A stretch of DNA of 64,000 nucleotides from Macrostomum hystrix (GCA_950097015.1 CATNEN010000038.1:186001-250000), one strand, 5' to 3'; counted from the first letter of the stretch, positions 1 to 13,497 are shown. The notes: generated by a model not told the origin, from the sequence alone. Program-made: numbers and translations.

Positions 1-1101
1 TCTTCAATGTCTATGGCCTGGCGATAAATTTGGCCATAGACATTTGGAGATGAATTCAAGAACGACTTTAGACTAAATCGTTGATAAACGATTTCGCTGT
101 TCAATAAAGCTAGTTTTTACCATAGAAGCGTGCGACAACGAAGTGTTTTGCTTGCGAAAACGGCATTTTTGGCACCATAAAATGGTATTTTTACTATCGG
201 GCCGCGTACAATCAATATCATTATGCTTAGTGAACGAGGCGATCAAAGTAAAGCTTTAAATCGATTAATCGATTGATTAACTTAAGACGCTTAACAGGGC
301 TTCTCTGGCAGTGACTGAACTGCTCCTCTGTTCTATAAACGGAAATTGTCAAGCCAATCACCGAGCAACTTAAATAAGTAGATAGAATGGAAACCTAACG
401 CTTACAGGTAATAATTCTGTTTCACCTCCGAATTGTTTGTTAAGACAATAAAACTAAAGCTATCAATATTAAATATCGAAGACAACGATTAAACGAACGA
501 AAAATACTAACTTTGACTACGTTAATATTTGCAGATATAACAGTGAACAGAATGTAGAGTAACATAAGATCTACACGCAGCTAGGAGCTAAAAGTTAACA
601 TTTGCATTACCCCATTCTCCTGTTTCTGAGCTCGCTTCATCTTCTGTCGCGCTTTGTACTCTTTGAAGCGGCGACCGAGGGAGCGCTGAGCACATTTGTG
701 AGTCGTTTGGAGCGATGTTTATGACATATCGAAGTATTTTTGCTAGACTTTTATTTAAATAATTTTCTTGATAATTCTTCGTAGTCTCAAGAAATCCGAT
801 ATCGATGCGTACTCAAATCAAGGACAGAAGTTCTGAACAGCTCATGTACATTTCCTGGCGCAATGTCCATGTTTGAGGATGTGATTTGCACTTTAGCATA
901 TTGTCTAAACTTTTTACTGAATTCAATCACAAAAATTACTTATTTTTAGAAATGTCAATGGTACACCATCAACCGTCAAGTGAAATTATCACTAGCATTT
1001 ACTCCCTTTTTCTACTGAGCAGGTTTGGACCATAGACAAAATGGAATAAAGGGACATATTTGCACCTGTGTCTCTTTTATTTGAAGAGGTAGAAATCAAG
1101 A

Positions 1102-1609
1102 ACCACTAAAAGAAAAAGTACGGAACACTTAGTTTCTTGGAAAATTTATTGGATGCTGATGTTCACGGAAAATGTACAAGCCAGATTGTAACTTTTCACA
1201 TTTTTTTCACATTAAAATACAGATAACTTTTATTGGAAGCAAATATAATGCTTTCTTTTGAGATATCTTGCAAAACATATCTTTCAGCAAATTTTTAAAA
1301 GCTTCATTCGTGAGAAATGAAAATTCATTTTTATTTCGCTTATCTGTCACGAAGCACAATAGGAACCAATCAGACATTCCCTATAAGTTGCCTATAGCTT
1401 TTAATGAAATAAATAAATGTAATTATCGAAATGCACTTAAACTAGATTAGAAAGTGACAGTAAAATTGAGTTAGCCGCTAGATGATAGGTTATAACTAGC
1501 TAAAAGTGAAAATTTCCTATCTTGCAAGTGCATTTATTCGTTAAAATCAGCCTTTAATAATTACATTTTCCAAGAAACGAAGTGTCCCATCCTTCTTCTT
1601 GTTAGTGGT
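1102..1609. mobile_element. degenerate MITE / non-autonomous DNA transposon
   Basis: ~45-bp imperfect inverted repeats at 1102-1145 (ACCACTAA...CACTTAGTTTCTTGGAAAAT) and 1565-1609; AT-rich interior. Confidence 0.6.
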
Positions 1610-1616
1610 CTGTGGT

Positions 1617-1940
1617 TTTGATTTTTTTTTATTACACCTGCCCCAATTGGGTCAGATGTGCAGCCGACAGCACAGCCGCAGCTAATGCACGGCGCATCTG
1701 AAGGCTGCGTACGGCTGTCCAGTCCACGGACTGGGGGGACGCCACACCCACCTTCAATTATCCCAGCTGATGCTGGTACCCATTTAACAGCTGGGTGAAC
1801 TGAAGCAATGCAGAGTTTATAAGTGTCTTGCTAAAGGACGTAAATTGTTCCAGTGGAGTCGGGAATCGAACCCCCGACCTTCAAGTCGTGAGTCCGACGC
1901 CCTAACCACTAGGCTACAACCTCTACTAAAACTTAGTAGA
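1617..1940 (-). mobile_element. tRNA-derived CORE-like SINE (family A), full length
   Basis: A box TAGCCTAGTGG, B box GGTTCGATTCC, CORE-like central domain, TAATAA/poly-A tail, 10-bp TSD GGTCTGTGGT (1607-1616, 1941-1950). Confidence 0.85.
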
Positions 1941-2059
1941 GGTCTGTGGTAAAACTTATTAAACAAATGTCTCGCAATCAAGGCCTATTTAAAGTACAGG
2001 AAACTCGCATGCAAACTGAAGCTCTGCCTGGCAATTCAGTAGGCGGGCGCTGAGCTTAC

Positions 2060-2113
2060 CCTGTGCGATCTGTGGTACTCCCACAGCTGGTGAAATATGG
2101 CCACTTTCGAGCT
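2060..2113 (-). CDS. TRPM: probable TRPM exon (SSKVAIFHQLWEYHRSHR)
   Basis: TTGCAG acceptor, AGG|GTAAGC donor, phase 0/0 compatible; weak motif support. Confidence 0.6.
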
Positions 2114-3038
2114 CTGCAATGGGAAACAATTGCATTCTGGTGTGATTTGTGCTAAAAGTCTGCTTAACTTTTTTAATACATTTTTTTAACTTGAGCGGAA
2201 ATCTCTTATCTTTATGAGGAAGACCTTTGAGCGGGAGCCTGAATAGAATCAACCCAGAAAATGCAGATCACATAGCCTCTGAATTGTGAGCTCAAGAATT
2301 TTAATCTACAGTCACCTTCCCTCACTTTCTCTCATTTTCCCTCGCGTCTCACCGCCTCTGCCTCACAATTCCCCAGGAGCACCCCGTGGCCGCTCCTCTC
2401 ACTTTGCTCAGCTGCTCAAAACTGCTCCAAGTTCACTCCGGTGCTCCATTCATCTTTCTTAGAAAGAGAAAGAGCGGCAATGAGGATGGCGAGGAGGTGA
2501 GCGGAGGCAGCGGCCAGACACCGCCTCCTCCTGCCAGTCTTCCGCCAGCTGAACAGGCCCATCTGAGCACCTAAGGCCGTTTTCAATTCTGGCCAGCCTT
2601 CTCAACTCAACTTCTGCTCCTACTCTTCCCTACCAGCCAGACGCACCGTCGCTCTGCTGCTTTTTCATACGACAGGAGCCTGCCCCAACCCAATGCCACC
2701 GCGCTTGGCTGAATTCTCGGGGCAATCTCCGTCATCGGGTTTGCGACACACACACCCACACCCACACACAAAAACTCACTCTCTCTCCCACTCTATCGTT
2801 TCTTCAACAGCAGCAGGGAAATAAAGAAGGTGGCATCCAACGGTGCAGACGCGTTGAGCTGGCGGGTTGAGGAGGTGGAAGAATGAGTTTAACAAGGGTA
2901 ACGCAGTGTTTAAAGTGCAACCCTTGTGTGCTCATAGGCGAGAAGCAGAGAAAGAGCAACGGGAGCTGAGAAGGGGGTTAAAGTGTGCTTTTCAAAGCCA
3001 GTTTTCAACTTGGTTCAAAGCCGAGCTGCAAAGCTTAC

Positions 3039-3188
3039 CAGGCGCTTGAGCTGGTCGGTGTATAATTTCTCCAACACGTAGATGGACAGAAAGTCCTCCA
3101 GAGAGAAGCCCTGCTCCAGGAACAGCTTCACGAAGTCGTGCCTGTCCTCCATCAGGGCCTGGTACATGTAGTCGTTCAGGTCACCTTT
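3039..3188 (-). CDS. TRPM: TRPM exon (KGDLNDYMYQALMEDRHDFVKLFLEQG...LEKLY)
   Basis: CAG acceptor, CTG|GTAAGC donor; MHR4 motif. Confidence 0.92.
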
Positions 3189-3260
3189 CTGTTATAAACA
3201 GTTTAAGAACATTTTTCGCTTGAGTCACTGGTTGTATAAGTGTGCACTGACACGATTCAA

Positions 3261-3703
3261 GTATCAACTGAGTACCCACAGAGTATCAACTGAGTACTCA
3301 CAGAGTATCAACTGAGTACCCACAGAGTATCAACTGAGTACCCACAAAGTATCAACTGAGTACCCACAGAGTATCAACTGAGTACCCAGAAAGTATCAAC
3401 TGAGTACCCACAGAGTATCAACTCAGTACCCACAGAGTATCAACTCAGTACCCACAAAGTATCAACTGGTTACTCACAAAGTATCAACTGAGTACTGACA
3501 AAGTATCAACTGAGTACTCACAAAGTATCAACTGAGTACTCACAGAGTATCAACTCAGTACCCACAGAGTATCAACTCAGTACCCACAAAGTATCAACTG
3601 GTTACTCACAAAGTAACAACTGAGTACCCACAGAGTATCAACTGGTTACTCACAGAGTATCAACTGAGTACCCACAGAGTATCAGCTGGTTACTCACAAA
3701 GTA
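3261..3703. repeat. 22-bp minisatellite GTATCAACTGAGTACCCACAGA
   Basis: ~20 tandem units in a TRPM intron. Confidence 0.95.
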
Positions 3704-3827
3704 TGAACCAGTCGGTTAGTTCTTGGTATTTTGAGTCAATGCACTCAAATTTGCCCATTTTCTTTTTTTCTTTTGTGACCTGTGCAGGTGTCGATGGTGT
3801 TAAACAAATAGAAAGTGCAGCACTTGC

Positions 3828-3943
3828 CTTCCACTTTTTGTTCTCCAAGAAGATCTTATCCCTGGCAATGTCCGCCCTGTTCAGTGTCAGACAAATTTTC
3901 AGCTGTTTCAGGTTCAGCTGCTCTTCGCCACCCTCGCTGCCAG
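3828..3943 (-). CDS. TRPM: TRPM exon (QLKICLTLNRADIARDKIFLENKKWK), GC donor
   Basis: Poly-T CCAG acceptor; AAG|GCAAGT donor; matches QL.LAL.WNR.DIA...IF. Confidence 0.88.
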
Positions 3944-3997
3944 CTGGAAAAAAACGCGTTTTTATGGCTCGATCCTTCGCTCACAATATTTGAGTAC

Positions 3998-4185
3998 CGT
4001 CTGCGAACTCACCGCTGCTAAGCAGAGACGAAATCATCTTGCCGTCCAGGTCGAAGTCCTCTTCCATGTCAAAGATTTCAATAAGGCTGGCGCCCTCCTT
4101 CAGCAGCACTCGCAGCATGTTGATCTCGTTGGTGTATTCAAGGTAGTCCGAGCAGTTGAAGAACTCCTGACAGATGCTCAACATC
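3998..4185 (-). CDS. TRPM: TRPM exon (MLSICQEFF...LIEIFDME...DLDGKMISSLL)
   Basis: Phase-compatible with both neighbours; resembles TRPM L.T.F......D.D.AIL.ALL. Confidence 0.85.
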
Positions 4186-4257
4186 CTTGAATGCGAATTC
4201 AGCTTGAGTTGAAGCAAGCAAGCGCAGATGCAAGGAAATTATTAATTCAAGACTTAC

Positions 4258-4376
4258 TTAGAATTGAAGTTCGCCTCTTTGGTCTCCTCGTCTTCTTCTT
4301 TCTTATCGGCCTGGTTCTCCTCTTCGAACAGGTAGTCGAAGGCGCTAGCTAGCACATCAGCTGCTCCAGCCGTACC
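4258..4376 (-). CDS. TRPM: TRPM exon (GTAGAADVLASAF...)
   Basis: CCAG acceptor, GTAAGT donor; G(S/T)G.AAD.LA motif. Confidence 0.9.
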
Positions 4377-5847
4377 CTGGCAAGTGCAAAGTGAAGCCAA
4401 GTTACAATTGTGCGAAATAAAACTCCCTGACTACATTTTACTTGCGGCTGTCTATTAATGTTTTGAGTTCTTTGATGCCTACATAGTTTTCGTATGTTCA
4501 TTCATTCGCCTCTATTTTTAGACTTTCGCGCGTGACGTCAGTTACTATTTTAAGGCACGTGACGTCACTTTGCGACAAATGCTCCGCTTTATATTTTTTC
4601 TATTTTTAGATTTTAGAACATTCACCTACTGAGAATACCGATCGTCAGCATTATTCTTTTAATAACCTTAATTATGATACCAAAATAAGTAGATCTTGAC
4701 ATTGTATTCCGCGCATATAGGGCTGGTGACATAGTATTTACAAGACATAATATACGTACAAGTCAACAGACATCAGACAAAAACACAGTCGCTTAGCGAC
4801 TCTTATCATGGTAAATTTCCCAAGCAAGCAATCAGGCGAAAACCAGAGGTCAGCAGACTTGCTGCACAGAGTTCAAATTATTCATGAACTCTGGCTTTCT
4901 CTCTTTCTTCTATTCTCTTCCTCTATTTCACCTTTCTTAAGGCCTCCCTTTGTGAGGTTTTTTTAGCAGCCAGAATCTCGACGCCAGAACCAGCGACAGG
5001 GCAGCTCAAACATCCCCCACAGTCTCAGAGAAGGAACTGACATGGGCAGCGACTCTGAGCAGAGATTTCTGCTCAGGCGGGTGAGTACGGTGGCTGAGTG
5101 AGGTCAGCACAGGCTGAATTTGAGCTGCTCGTGTATGTTTGTGGAAGAAAGAAAAGAACTGCGGAATGCCAAAAACAAGGAAAAAACTTTAATAGAAGGA
5201 TTGCAGCAATGAAAATGATCCAAACGCATTGGAGGGCCTGGGAGCGCACGAGAGACACTCTCTTGTGTTTGTCTTGAATTGGCTCCATCATTATTGGATC
5301 CCACATTCAAGGCGGCGCGTTGAAGATGCTTGAACAGCCCGATTTAAGAGAAAATTTGATTGGAAGACTTTGAGCGTGAGCTTGGATTTCACTCATGCAG
5401 ATGCGGGCGCAGGTTTCTGCTCTGCTTGATTTGCTCAGCTGCTCTGCTGAGACACGCATTGATTTGTTGGCTCTTTAGAATAATTGTTGAATGGCGTAAC
5501 TTTTTCATCTCTACGAATGGCAAGGTGTTTTCCTAGGGATTGCTGCCGTATATCCCCAAGTACGTATATTAAAAATCTCCCCAACCATCTTTTCCCATCT
5601 CATTTATACCGTTCGTAATGTGCTCAGTTAAAGCGAAATCACCTTGCTAGCTTTTTGCTGCTCACGACTGCAGAAATATGAAAAAACAGGTATATTATTG
5701 CTACCGTGCGCCTGACTGAGTGACAGCAACGAAAATGGATACAGCATTCAACCTGAAGCAAAAAATATTTCTCAATCTACTTTTTATGATTGGGACAGCC
5801 GCAGGAATAAGATCGCACACGCGAGTTTCTTGATGAATTTTGCTCAC

Positions 5848-6171
5848 CTTTACTGCCACGATGGGACACTTGTTCTCTGTTAGAGCATAGAACACCTGTT
5901 CCAGAGCGAACCTGTCACCGCCAATTAGCAGGCCACACATCGGCACCTTCAGCTGCTTGCTCTCCTCGTCTGTCCAGCTGCTTATGACGTGAGAGAAGCG
6001 CGTCCTGAAAGGACATTCGCGTCCCTTCTTCTGGTCTGCGGCGCCGGTGTCAACTAGGAAGAAGTGCGTGTGGTTCGGGTCCAACGGCGACTCCTCCTCA
6101 TCGCTGGCCCGCAGCTCCTTGGGCTTGCTGGAGTCCGACTCCTCCGACTGATAAGTGGCTGGCACAGAGCC
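5848..6171 (-). CDS. TRPM: TRPM exon (LDPNHTHFFLVD...VPMCGLLIGG...CPIVAVK)
   Basis: CCAG acceptor, AAG|GTGAGC donor; L..NH(S/T)HF.LVD motif. Confidence 0.94.
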
Positions 6172-6551
6172 CTGGTTGAAGAGGGCACGCGAGTTGTTTT
6201 CTTACCCCACTCCGATTGCACCCACCCCACTCCGTATCTATTTTTAGCTCTTAGTCTCGGGCCAGTACTAGTCTTCTTAGACTAGTTATTTATTTTCCAA
6301 CCCCTTCGATTGCACCCACCTCACGCCAGTTTGACTGTAAATCAACTGCTTTATTTACATTCATAGAGAAAAAAACAAATCATCTTCACTCCTATCTCCC
6401 TTTGTGTCTATTTTTAGCCGTCAGTTTTATGCCTAAGGTGGCAAACCAATCGATAAATCTCATTCCCTTCCCTAGCAGTGACCATTGTTTTCATTCTTTT
6501 CCTGAAAATATTGACACACCAAAAACAGCTCCGGTGGCGTTTGCAACTGAC

Positions 6552-6721
6552 CTCGGAGATGTTGGGGTTCTCCAGTGCGTCACGCCGCGCGATGCAGCCC
6601 CAGCTGACCACGCCGATGGCAATCATGTAGTTGCTGCCGTAGGCGTCAGTATAATCCCGCACTGCCTCTCCGGTGAGCTTCATGATGCCCAGGTTAAAGC
6701 CGCTGGTAACGATCCAGCAGC
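6552..6721 (-). CDS. TRPM: TRPM exon (GCWIVTSGFNLGIMKLTGEAVRD...AIGVVSWG)
   Basis: CCAG acceptor, GAG|GTCAGT donor; matches TRPM GAWI.TGG.N.GVM...G.A and IGIA.WG. Confidence 0.93.
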
Positions 6722-7103
6722 CTGGAAGGATTTTGTTTTTAGTGACACTAGTTGAATTTTTTAAAGCAGCATTGCAAACCAGAACAGAATAACGATGCTT
6801 CATTGATTTCTCAGTTTCATTGCGGAGAGCTGGTGATACAGGTGATACAGGTGAGACAGATGAGAGCTGAAATTCAGGAGATAAGACAGGCGAGAAATTA
6901 GACACGGGACGACTGAAAAAGGGGACAGTGTGTGTTAAAAGGGGGCCAGGAATTGTATCTAGAATATTTGATGACCCTTTGGTGACTCCTGAGCACACAC
7001 GCACACTGATACTGTACGCAGGCACACGCTCACACAGGAGTGTACATCTGTCCCCTGACTTTCTCATCATCAGACACTGTACACTCTCACTGTGCCTTCG
7101 AGG

Positions 7104-7267
7104 TTGGCCCTTAGGGGCGTAAATTGCACGACAAACCCACAAGCTTTACATTAAATAGTTAATGTAACCACGGCTGCGCCCCAATGAATGTGGCCTCGCC
7201 TTGGAATCGAGCTTAGGGACCTTGGCGCGAGAGGTAAACGCAATAACCGCTCTGCCACCGACCCCCT
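7104..7267 (-). mobile_element. tRNA-derived SINE (family B)
   Basis: tRNA-like head GGTGGCAGAGCGG...GCTCGATTCC followed by GGCGAGGCCACATTCATT; homologous to 57378-57488. Confidence 0.7.
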
Positions 7268-9260
7268 GCTGTGTGTTGGAAGGGGCCAGGATTTGTATCT
7301 AAAATATTTGGTGACCAGTGATTCAGTGGAACAATACGATTCATATTGGCACGCAGCATTTTTCCCAACCTCATAGTTCATTTTAATCTATCATTGGGCC
7401 TGACCAGTGCCCAACAGAAATGACAGAGTGGGAGGGGGAAAGACACAAAGAGGGTAGGGGAGGGAGTTATTTTGGCAGTCATTTCCACAAAAATAAATGA
7501 AAAAATGCATCTCCCAAGCAGGCTACACTGCAGCTGTAGCAGATGCTGTGCAGCAGAGTGGCTGGCGCGTATCACAAAAACTGCTATTAAAAGGGACAAC
7601 ACATGACTGCATGGGGCTAGCACCCACCCTACCTGATCCTCCCACCTGCCCGCCAACCCGCGCCACCGGCAGGCTGGGATCACAGAATATTGGCAGGTGG
7701 AGGTAGCTTTGCGTCACGGACACACAAGCACACTCAATGCGGGGTCATTTGTCATCCGGGCCGCAGTGCCTTGGGCTCACACTGATGCCAGTGGGAAAGC
7801 ATTTCAGAACAGTGAATAGTCTCGATCCTTGCTGGCATTCAAGCAGTTTCAATTGGCTTACATCGGCCCTTTTTAACTGCATACTTCGACGACAATGCCG
7901 CCAATGGTTGATAACTAGATAGTTGATGTAACGCTCGTTAAACATTTCTGTTTTCAGAGGCTATCGGTTGTGGGTATATCATAAACAACGCTTTGTTAAT
8001 TAATAAACATGCAAAGTGCTGCCTAAACGCTTATTAAAGTCAATGGATAAGGCGTTACGTGCTAGAACAATCCAACAGTGAAACTATCGCTGCGTTATAG
8101 CTTATACTGGCAGTTTTTTGGACCAGATTATAGGGCCGACAATGTCCTAAATGTCAAGGACTAACGGCAAAACGGTGCCGGCACAACGGACCATTCTCTA
8201 TTCATTCTCTATCCACTTTTATGAGGCTGTCACACAGACACGGGGTCTGTCTTGCTCTACATTTTGTGAAAAAAATACTCTACACGACATTGTCGTCCTA
8301 TTAACGGAATCACAATAGCGATAGGCAGGGGGCCATGTTCAGTTTGAGGGCATTGTTAAGCCGCTCCTGTTTCTGGGATGCATTGGACTGGCTGCAGTCA
8401 GTTAGTTTATTGACCCGACAGACTTGAAATTGAGGCATTGTGCATAGGTCCAGTTGTCTACGGCTAGCCTGCACTTTTAAATCCTAAAGCCTCGGCTTTG
8501 ACGATGACGGGCACTAGAAGACATTTAACTGTTTTTCTTGACTTGGTCGCTGGCAAAAGACTTTCAACACAGCTCGAGTGTTGTGGTTTGCCTGTGCAAA
8601 TAAAGTGTGCTGAGTGGTATCTGCGCCCTCTGTTAACGTGTTCTGCCTTGACTGTGGATGTCTACGGCTCGTAGTTACAACGCGCTGTCGTTTATGCATT
8701 TTTTAACAAAGTTACATCGAGAAGCAAGTCATAAATAGCAGCGACTTTCTGCAAGAAATTAAAGGACTGATTAAACTATTGGCTAGCAGTGAACCAGCTG
8801 GGGGAATGGAGGTAATAGCCTCCAATAATACCAAAAACACCGGAACAGTGTAAATTGTTAGCATGCTGATTGCAACCCTGTACCATTCTAGAGTGCCTCA
8901 TGCAATCAAAAATGCTGCAACTCAAGTTAAAATCAGCTTGCTCTGTCCAGACTTCACGTGATTAATTACGGCGATTGGGACTAATCTGTGTCTATATACC
9001 GGGTGTTCTAAACACTTGGCATTCTTAATTGTACTGAATGCAATCGCGCAAAACAATGCGGAATGTGGTGTACAGACAACAGAGAGACAGAAGCTTATTG
9101 TGAGCTTCTGTGCTAAACGATTTGGTCCAAAAATATGGAGCAGTGATTTCGAAAATCATTCAGCGATATGCAGGAATATTAATGACCCAATTCTTACAAA
9201 ATTAAACGTCATTTAGCCGAAATATCCTGGCTGTCAAGCAGAAATTATCTTTCCTTAGTG

Positions 9261-10745
9261 AAATCCCAATTAGATATAATCCACAATTATATCACAATCC
9301 CAATCAGATCGAAATCCTAATTAGATTGAATCCCAATTAGATGGAAATCCCAATTAGATATAATCCCCAATTATATCACAATCCCAATCAGATCGTAATC
9401 CTAATTAGATTGAATCCCAATTAGATAGAAATCCCAATTAGATAGAAATCCCAATTGGATAAATATTCCAAATCATATTAGAATCCCAGTCACATCGAAA
9501 TCCCAATTAGATAGAAATCCCAATTAGATAGAAATCCCAATTAGATAGAAATCCCAATTAGATAGAAATCCCAATTAGATAGAAATCCCAATTAGATAGA
9601 AATCCCAATTAGATAGAAATCCCAATTAGATAGAAATCCTAATTAGATTGAATCCCAATTAGATAGAAATCCCAATTATATAGAAATCCCAATTGGATAA
9701 AAATCCCAATCAGATTGGAATCCCAGTCACATCGAAATCCCAATTAGATAGAAATCCCAATTAGATAGAAATCCCAATTAGATAGAAATCCCAATTAGAT
9801 AGAAATCCCAATTAGATAGAAATCCTAATTAGATTGAATCCCAATTAGATAGAAATCCCAATTATATAGAAATCCCAATTGGATAAAAATCCAAATCATA
9901 TTAGAATCCCAGTCACATCGAAATCCCAATTAGATAGAAATCCCAATTAGATAGAAATCCCAATGAGATAGAAATCCCAATTAGATAGAAATCCTAATTA
10001 GATTGAATGCCAATTAGATAGAAATCCCAATTAGATAGAAATCCTAATTAGATTGAATGCCAATTATATAGAAATCCCAATTATATAGAAATCCCAATTG
10101 GATAAAAATCCCAATCATATTAGAATCCCAGTCACATCGAAATCCCAATTAGATAGAAATCCCATTTAGATAGAAATCCCAATCAGATTGGAATCCCAGT
10201 CACATCGAAATCCCAATTAGATAGAAATCCCAATTGGATAGAAATCCCAATTAGATAGAAATCCCAATTAGATAGAAATCCCAATTAGATAGAAATCCTA
10301 ATTAGATTGAATCCCAATTAGATAGAAATCCCAATTATATAGAAATCCCAATTGGATAAAAATCCCAATCAGATTGGAATCCCAGTCACATCGAAATCCC
10401 AATTAGATAGAAATCCCAATTAGATAGAAATCCCAATTAGATAGAAATCCCAATTAGATAGAAATCCTAATTAGATTGAATGCCAATTAGATAGAAATCC
10501 CAATTATATAGAAATCCCAATTAGATAGAAATCCTAATTAGATTGAATGCCAATTAGATAGAAATCCCAATTATATAGAAATCCCAATTGGATAAAAATC
10601 CCAATCATATTAGAATCCCAGTCACATCGAAATCCCAATTAGATAGAAATCCCATTTAGATAGAAATCCCAATCAGATTGGAATCCCAGTCACATCGAAA
10701 TCCCAATTAGATAGAAATCCCAATTGGATAGAAATCCCTATTTAG
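9261..10745. repeat. 17-bp minisatellite GAAATCCCAATTAGATA
   Basis: Tandem array with recurring variant blocks. Confidence 0.95.
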
Positions 10746-11437
10746 ATCAAAATCCTAATTCGATCGCAATAGAAATCCGAGTAATGTAAAATATCATATT
10801 AATGTCGAAATGTCAATAATTTCTAAGCTTCTATCCTTCTGAATCCCAATTAGATAGAGAAATGTATATAAAGACATCAAATTAAATCGAAATCGAAATA
10901 TTTTCGAAATCCCATTGACACCGAAATCCCAAAATTATTTGTCGCAGAAAGCTAGGTTTTTAATCCAGAATGCTTGATTTGACGAAGTCGTAATCAATTT
11001 AAATCAGGGTTATTAATGATTCTTAAATCACTAGCTAAGGTAGAGATTGCAACAGAAAAACACTTTGAGTATGCCCAATTTGCTCATTAGCAATCGCCAT
11101 AAACGGCACTAATGGGAGGTGTTTGCTAAAATCAATATTTTCGCTCGCGTCCACCGAATATCGAACAAACAAAAGCTTCATGCCAGAAATTTCCATTCCA
11201 TTCTGTGAGCCATCTTTGCACTCAAACCCGGTGAGTGAGTTGGCCAGATCTGCTCAACTCCGGCTCATTTCTTACTCACCTTGCATGTCAGCTTTGTCGC
11301 GACCTGCTCATTGCGCAGAGCGTGTTTTAAATTGTTGTTTTTGGCACGAATTCAAAATAAGAAACGTTAGTGACGTAATTAGTAATTTAGTTCTCTTGAT
11401 AATAATAAGCCTTTTTTAGGAACAGAAGTTCAGTAGG

Positions 11438-11923
11438 TTAGATGTCATGTCTAACAGCTAGATGTCATGTCTAACACCTAGATGTCATGTCTAACACCTA
11501 GATGTCATGTCTAACAGCTAGATGTCATGTCTAACAGCTAGATGTCATGTCTAACAGCTAGATGTCATGTCTAACACCTAGATGTCATGTCTAACACCTA
11601 GATGTCATGTCTAACAGCTAGATGTCATGTCTAACAGCTAGATGTCATGTCTAACACCTAGATGTCATGTCTAACTGTTAGATGCCATGTCTAACAGCTA
11701 AATGTGATGTCCAACAGCTAGATGTGATGTCTAACTGTTAGATGCCATGTCTAACAGCTAAATGTGATGTCCAACAGCTAGATGTGATGTCTAACACCTA
11801 GATGCCATGTCTAACACCTAGATGTGATGTCTAACACCTAGATGCCATGTCTAACACCTAGATGTCATGTCTAACAGCTAGATGTCATGTCTAACAGCTA
11901 GATGCCATGTCTAACACCTAGAT
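11438..11923. repeat. 20-bp minisatellite GATGTCATGTCTAACAGCTA
   Basis: ~24 tandem units. Confidence 0.95.
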
Positions 11924-12125
11924 ATATAAGCAAAATCTTAGATAGTTAATCCTTAACAAATTAACAGATTAGGATTAAGCGATGAAATGTTCGATAAAAC
12001 GTTGTGTAACACCACGGAGCACTTCACATTGAGATTTGGATTTTTCATTTGCATAGTTAACATGAGCACAACATTTTTACTCACATTGAAAATATCATTA
12101 TCCATGCATTCCCACATCGTCTCAC

Positions 12126-12300
12126 CTGCACTTTCCGCAGCTTTCCACAGACCCTTCTTGAAGATCATTTTCAGCTGGCGCTTCTTCTCGAAATCGCCGC
12201 CAAAGATGTTGATGACCAGAGTCGGTCGGGTCAGTTCCCACTTCTTTCCTAGAATCTGCTGCAGACTGCCATCAGATGTGTTGCTGTCCAGGCGGACAAA
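12126..12300 (-). CDS. TRPM: TRPM exon (FVRLDSNT...WELTRPTLVINIFGG...KGLWKAAESA)
   Basis: CAG acceptor, G|GTGAGA donor; MHR1/2 (SLOG-like) signature. Confidence 0.93.
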
Positions 12301-12940
12301 CTGTTTTAATGCAATTTTCGCGACAAACTTTTAAACTCGATAATAATAATTGCAGGTGGGCAGCGGGCAATGGCACATCTTTTGGGGACTCTAGACACGC
12401 AGCCACCGATGAGGCAAATTCTGCGAAACGTGGACTAAATGAAAAATATTCAGAATTCATCATTAACTCCCTCCAATGCCTAGCAATGAGAACAGCGGAC
12501 CTATGAATTATTATTCACAATTCTGTGAGAAAAAGCTCAGAGACAAGCCAACAACATGGAATTAAAACAAAAAAATGTAAATTTCCCCATGTAAGTGAGA
12601 AATTCTCTCAATCCATTGTCATCGAAAACGGAAGCCGAAGACAGGGAGCTGAGCTGGGATCAGATGGGTTTGAGACTTCTGCTTTGGGACGCAGTTTCAC
12701 AAATGAAAGTTTTCTGCCCGAAAATAAGAGAAATTAACTTTGCCAATGAACCATTTAACTGGTTAATTTTTCAGGAGAAATATATTTAGCATTCTAAGTA
12801 ATTAGATTCATGGGTTTATGTCAAACTGGAGTGCCAAATATTTCTGGAATGAGATCACAACTCAAATGGGTCAATTTTTATCCATATAATGCCAACTGAA
12901 TTAAAATAGTAATTAAGAAAAACACGTTTGCTTCAAAACT

Positions 12941-13478
12941 GCTGACAAATACTCTATCACTCCTGACAGATTCTGTATCACTCCTGACAGATTCTGTATC
13001 ACTCCTGACAGATACTGTATCACTCCTGACAGATTCTGTATCACTCCTGACAGATTCTGTAGCACTCCTGACAGATACTGTATCACTCCTGACAGATTCT
13101 GTATCACTCCTGACAGATTCTGTATCACTCCTGACAGATTCTGTATCACTCCTGACAGATTCTGTATCACTCCTGACAGATTCTGTAACACTCCTGACAG
13201 ATTCTGTATCACTCCTGATAGATTCTGTATCACTCCTGACAGATTCTGTAACACTACTGACAGATTCTGTATCACTCCTGACAGATTCTGTAACACTCCT
13301 GACGGATACTGTAGCACTCCTGACAGATTCTGTAACACTCCTGACAGATTCTGTACACTACTGACGGATACTGTAACACTCCTGACGGATACTGTAACAC
13401 TCCTGACGGATACTGTAACACTCCTGACGGATACTGTAACACTCCTGACGGATACTGTAACACTCCTGACGGATACTG
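12941..13478. repeat. 21-bp minisatellite TCACTCCTGACAGATTCTGTA
   Basis: Tandem units starting ~19 nt inside the TRPM donor. Confidence 0.95.
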
Positions 13479-13497
13479 TCTATTACGCTGTACTCAC

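Noticed and set aside
1850-1924. tRNA genes at 1850-1924, 7200-7267, 19780-19850 and 57378-57450
   Set aside because: A/B boxes are present, but acceptor stems are incomplete and each continues into a SINE body or has a homologous dispersed copy.
8993-9020. TATACCGGGTGTTC Tc1/mariner-like terminus
   Set aside because: No partner inverted terminus found in the window.
11278-11286. ATG CAA G|GTGAGT on the minus strand, phase-compatible with TRPM exon 6721 as an alternative first exon
   Set aside because: Only a strong donor and 7 coding nt; cannot be told from chance without transcripts.
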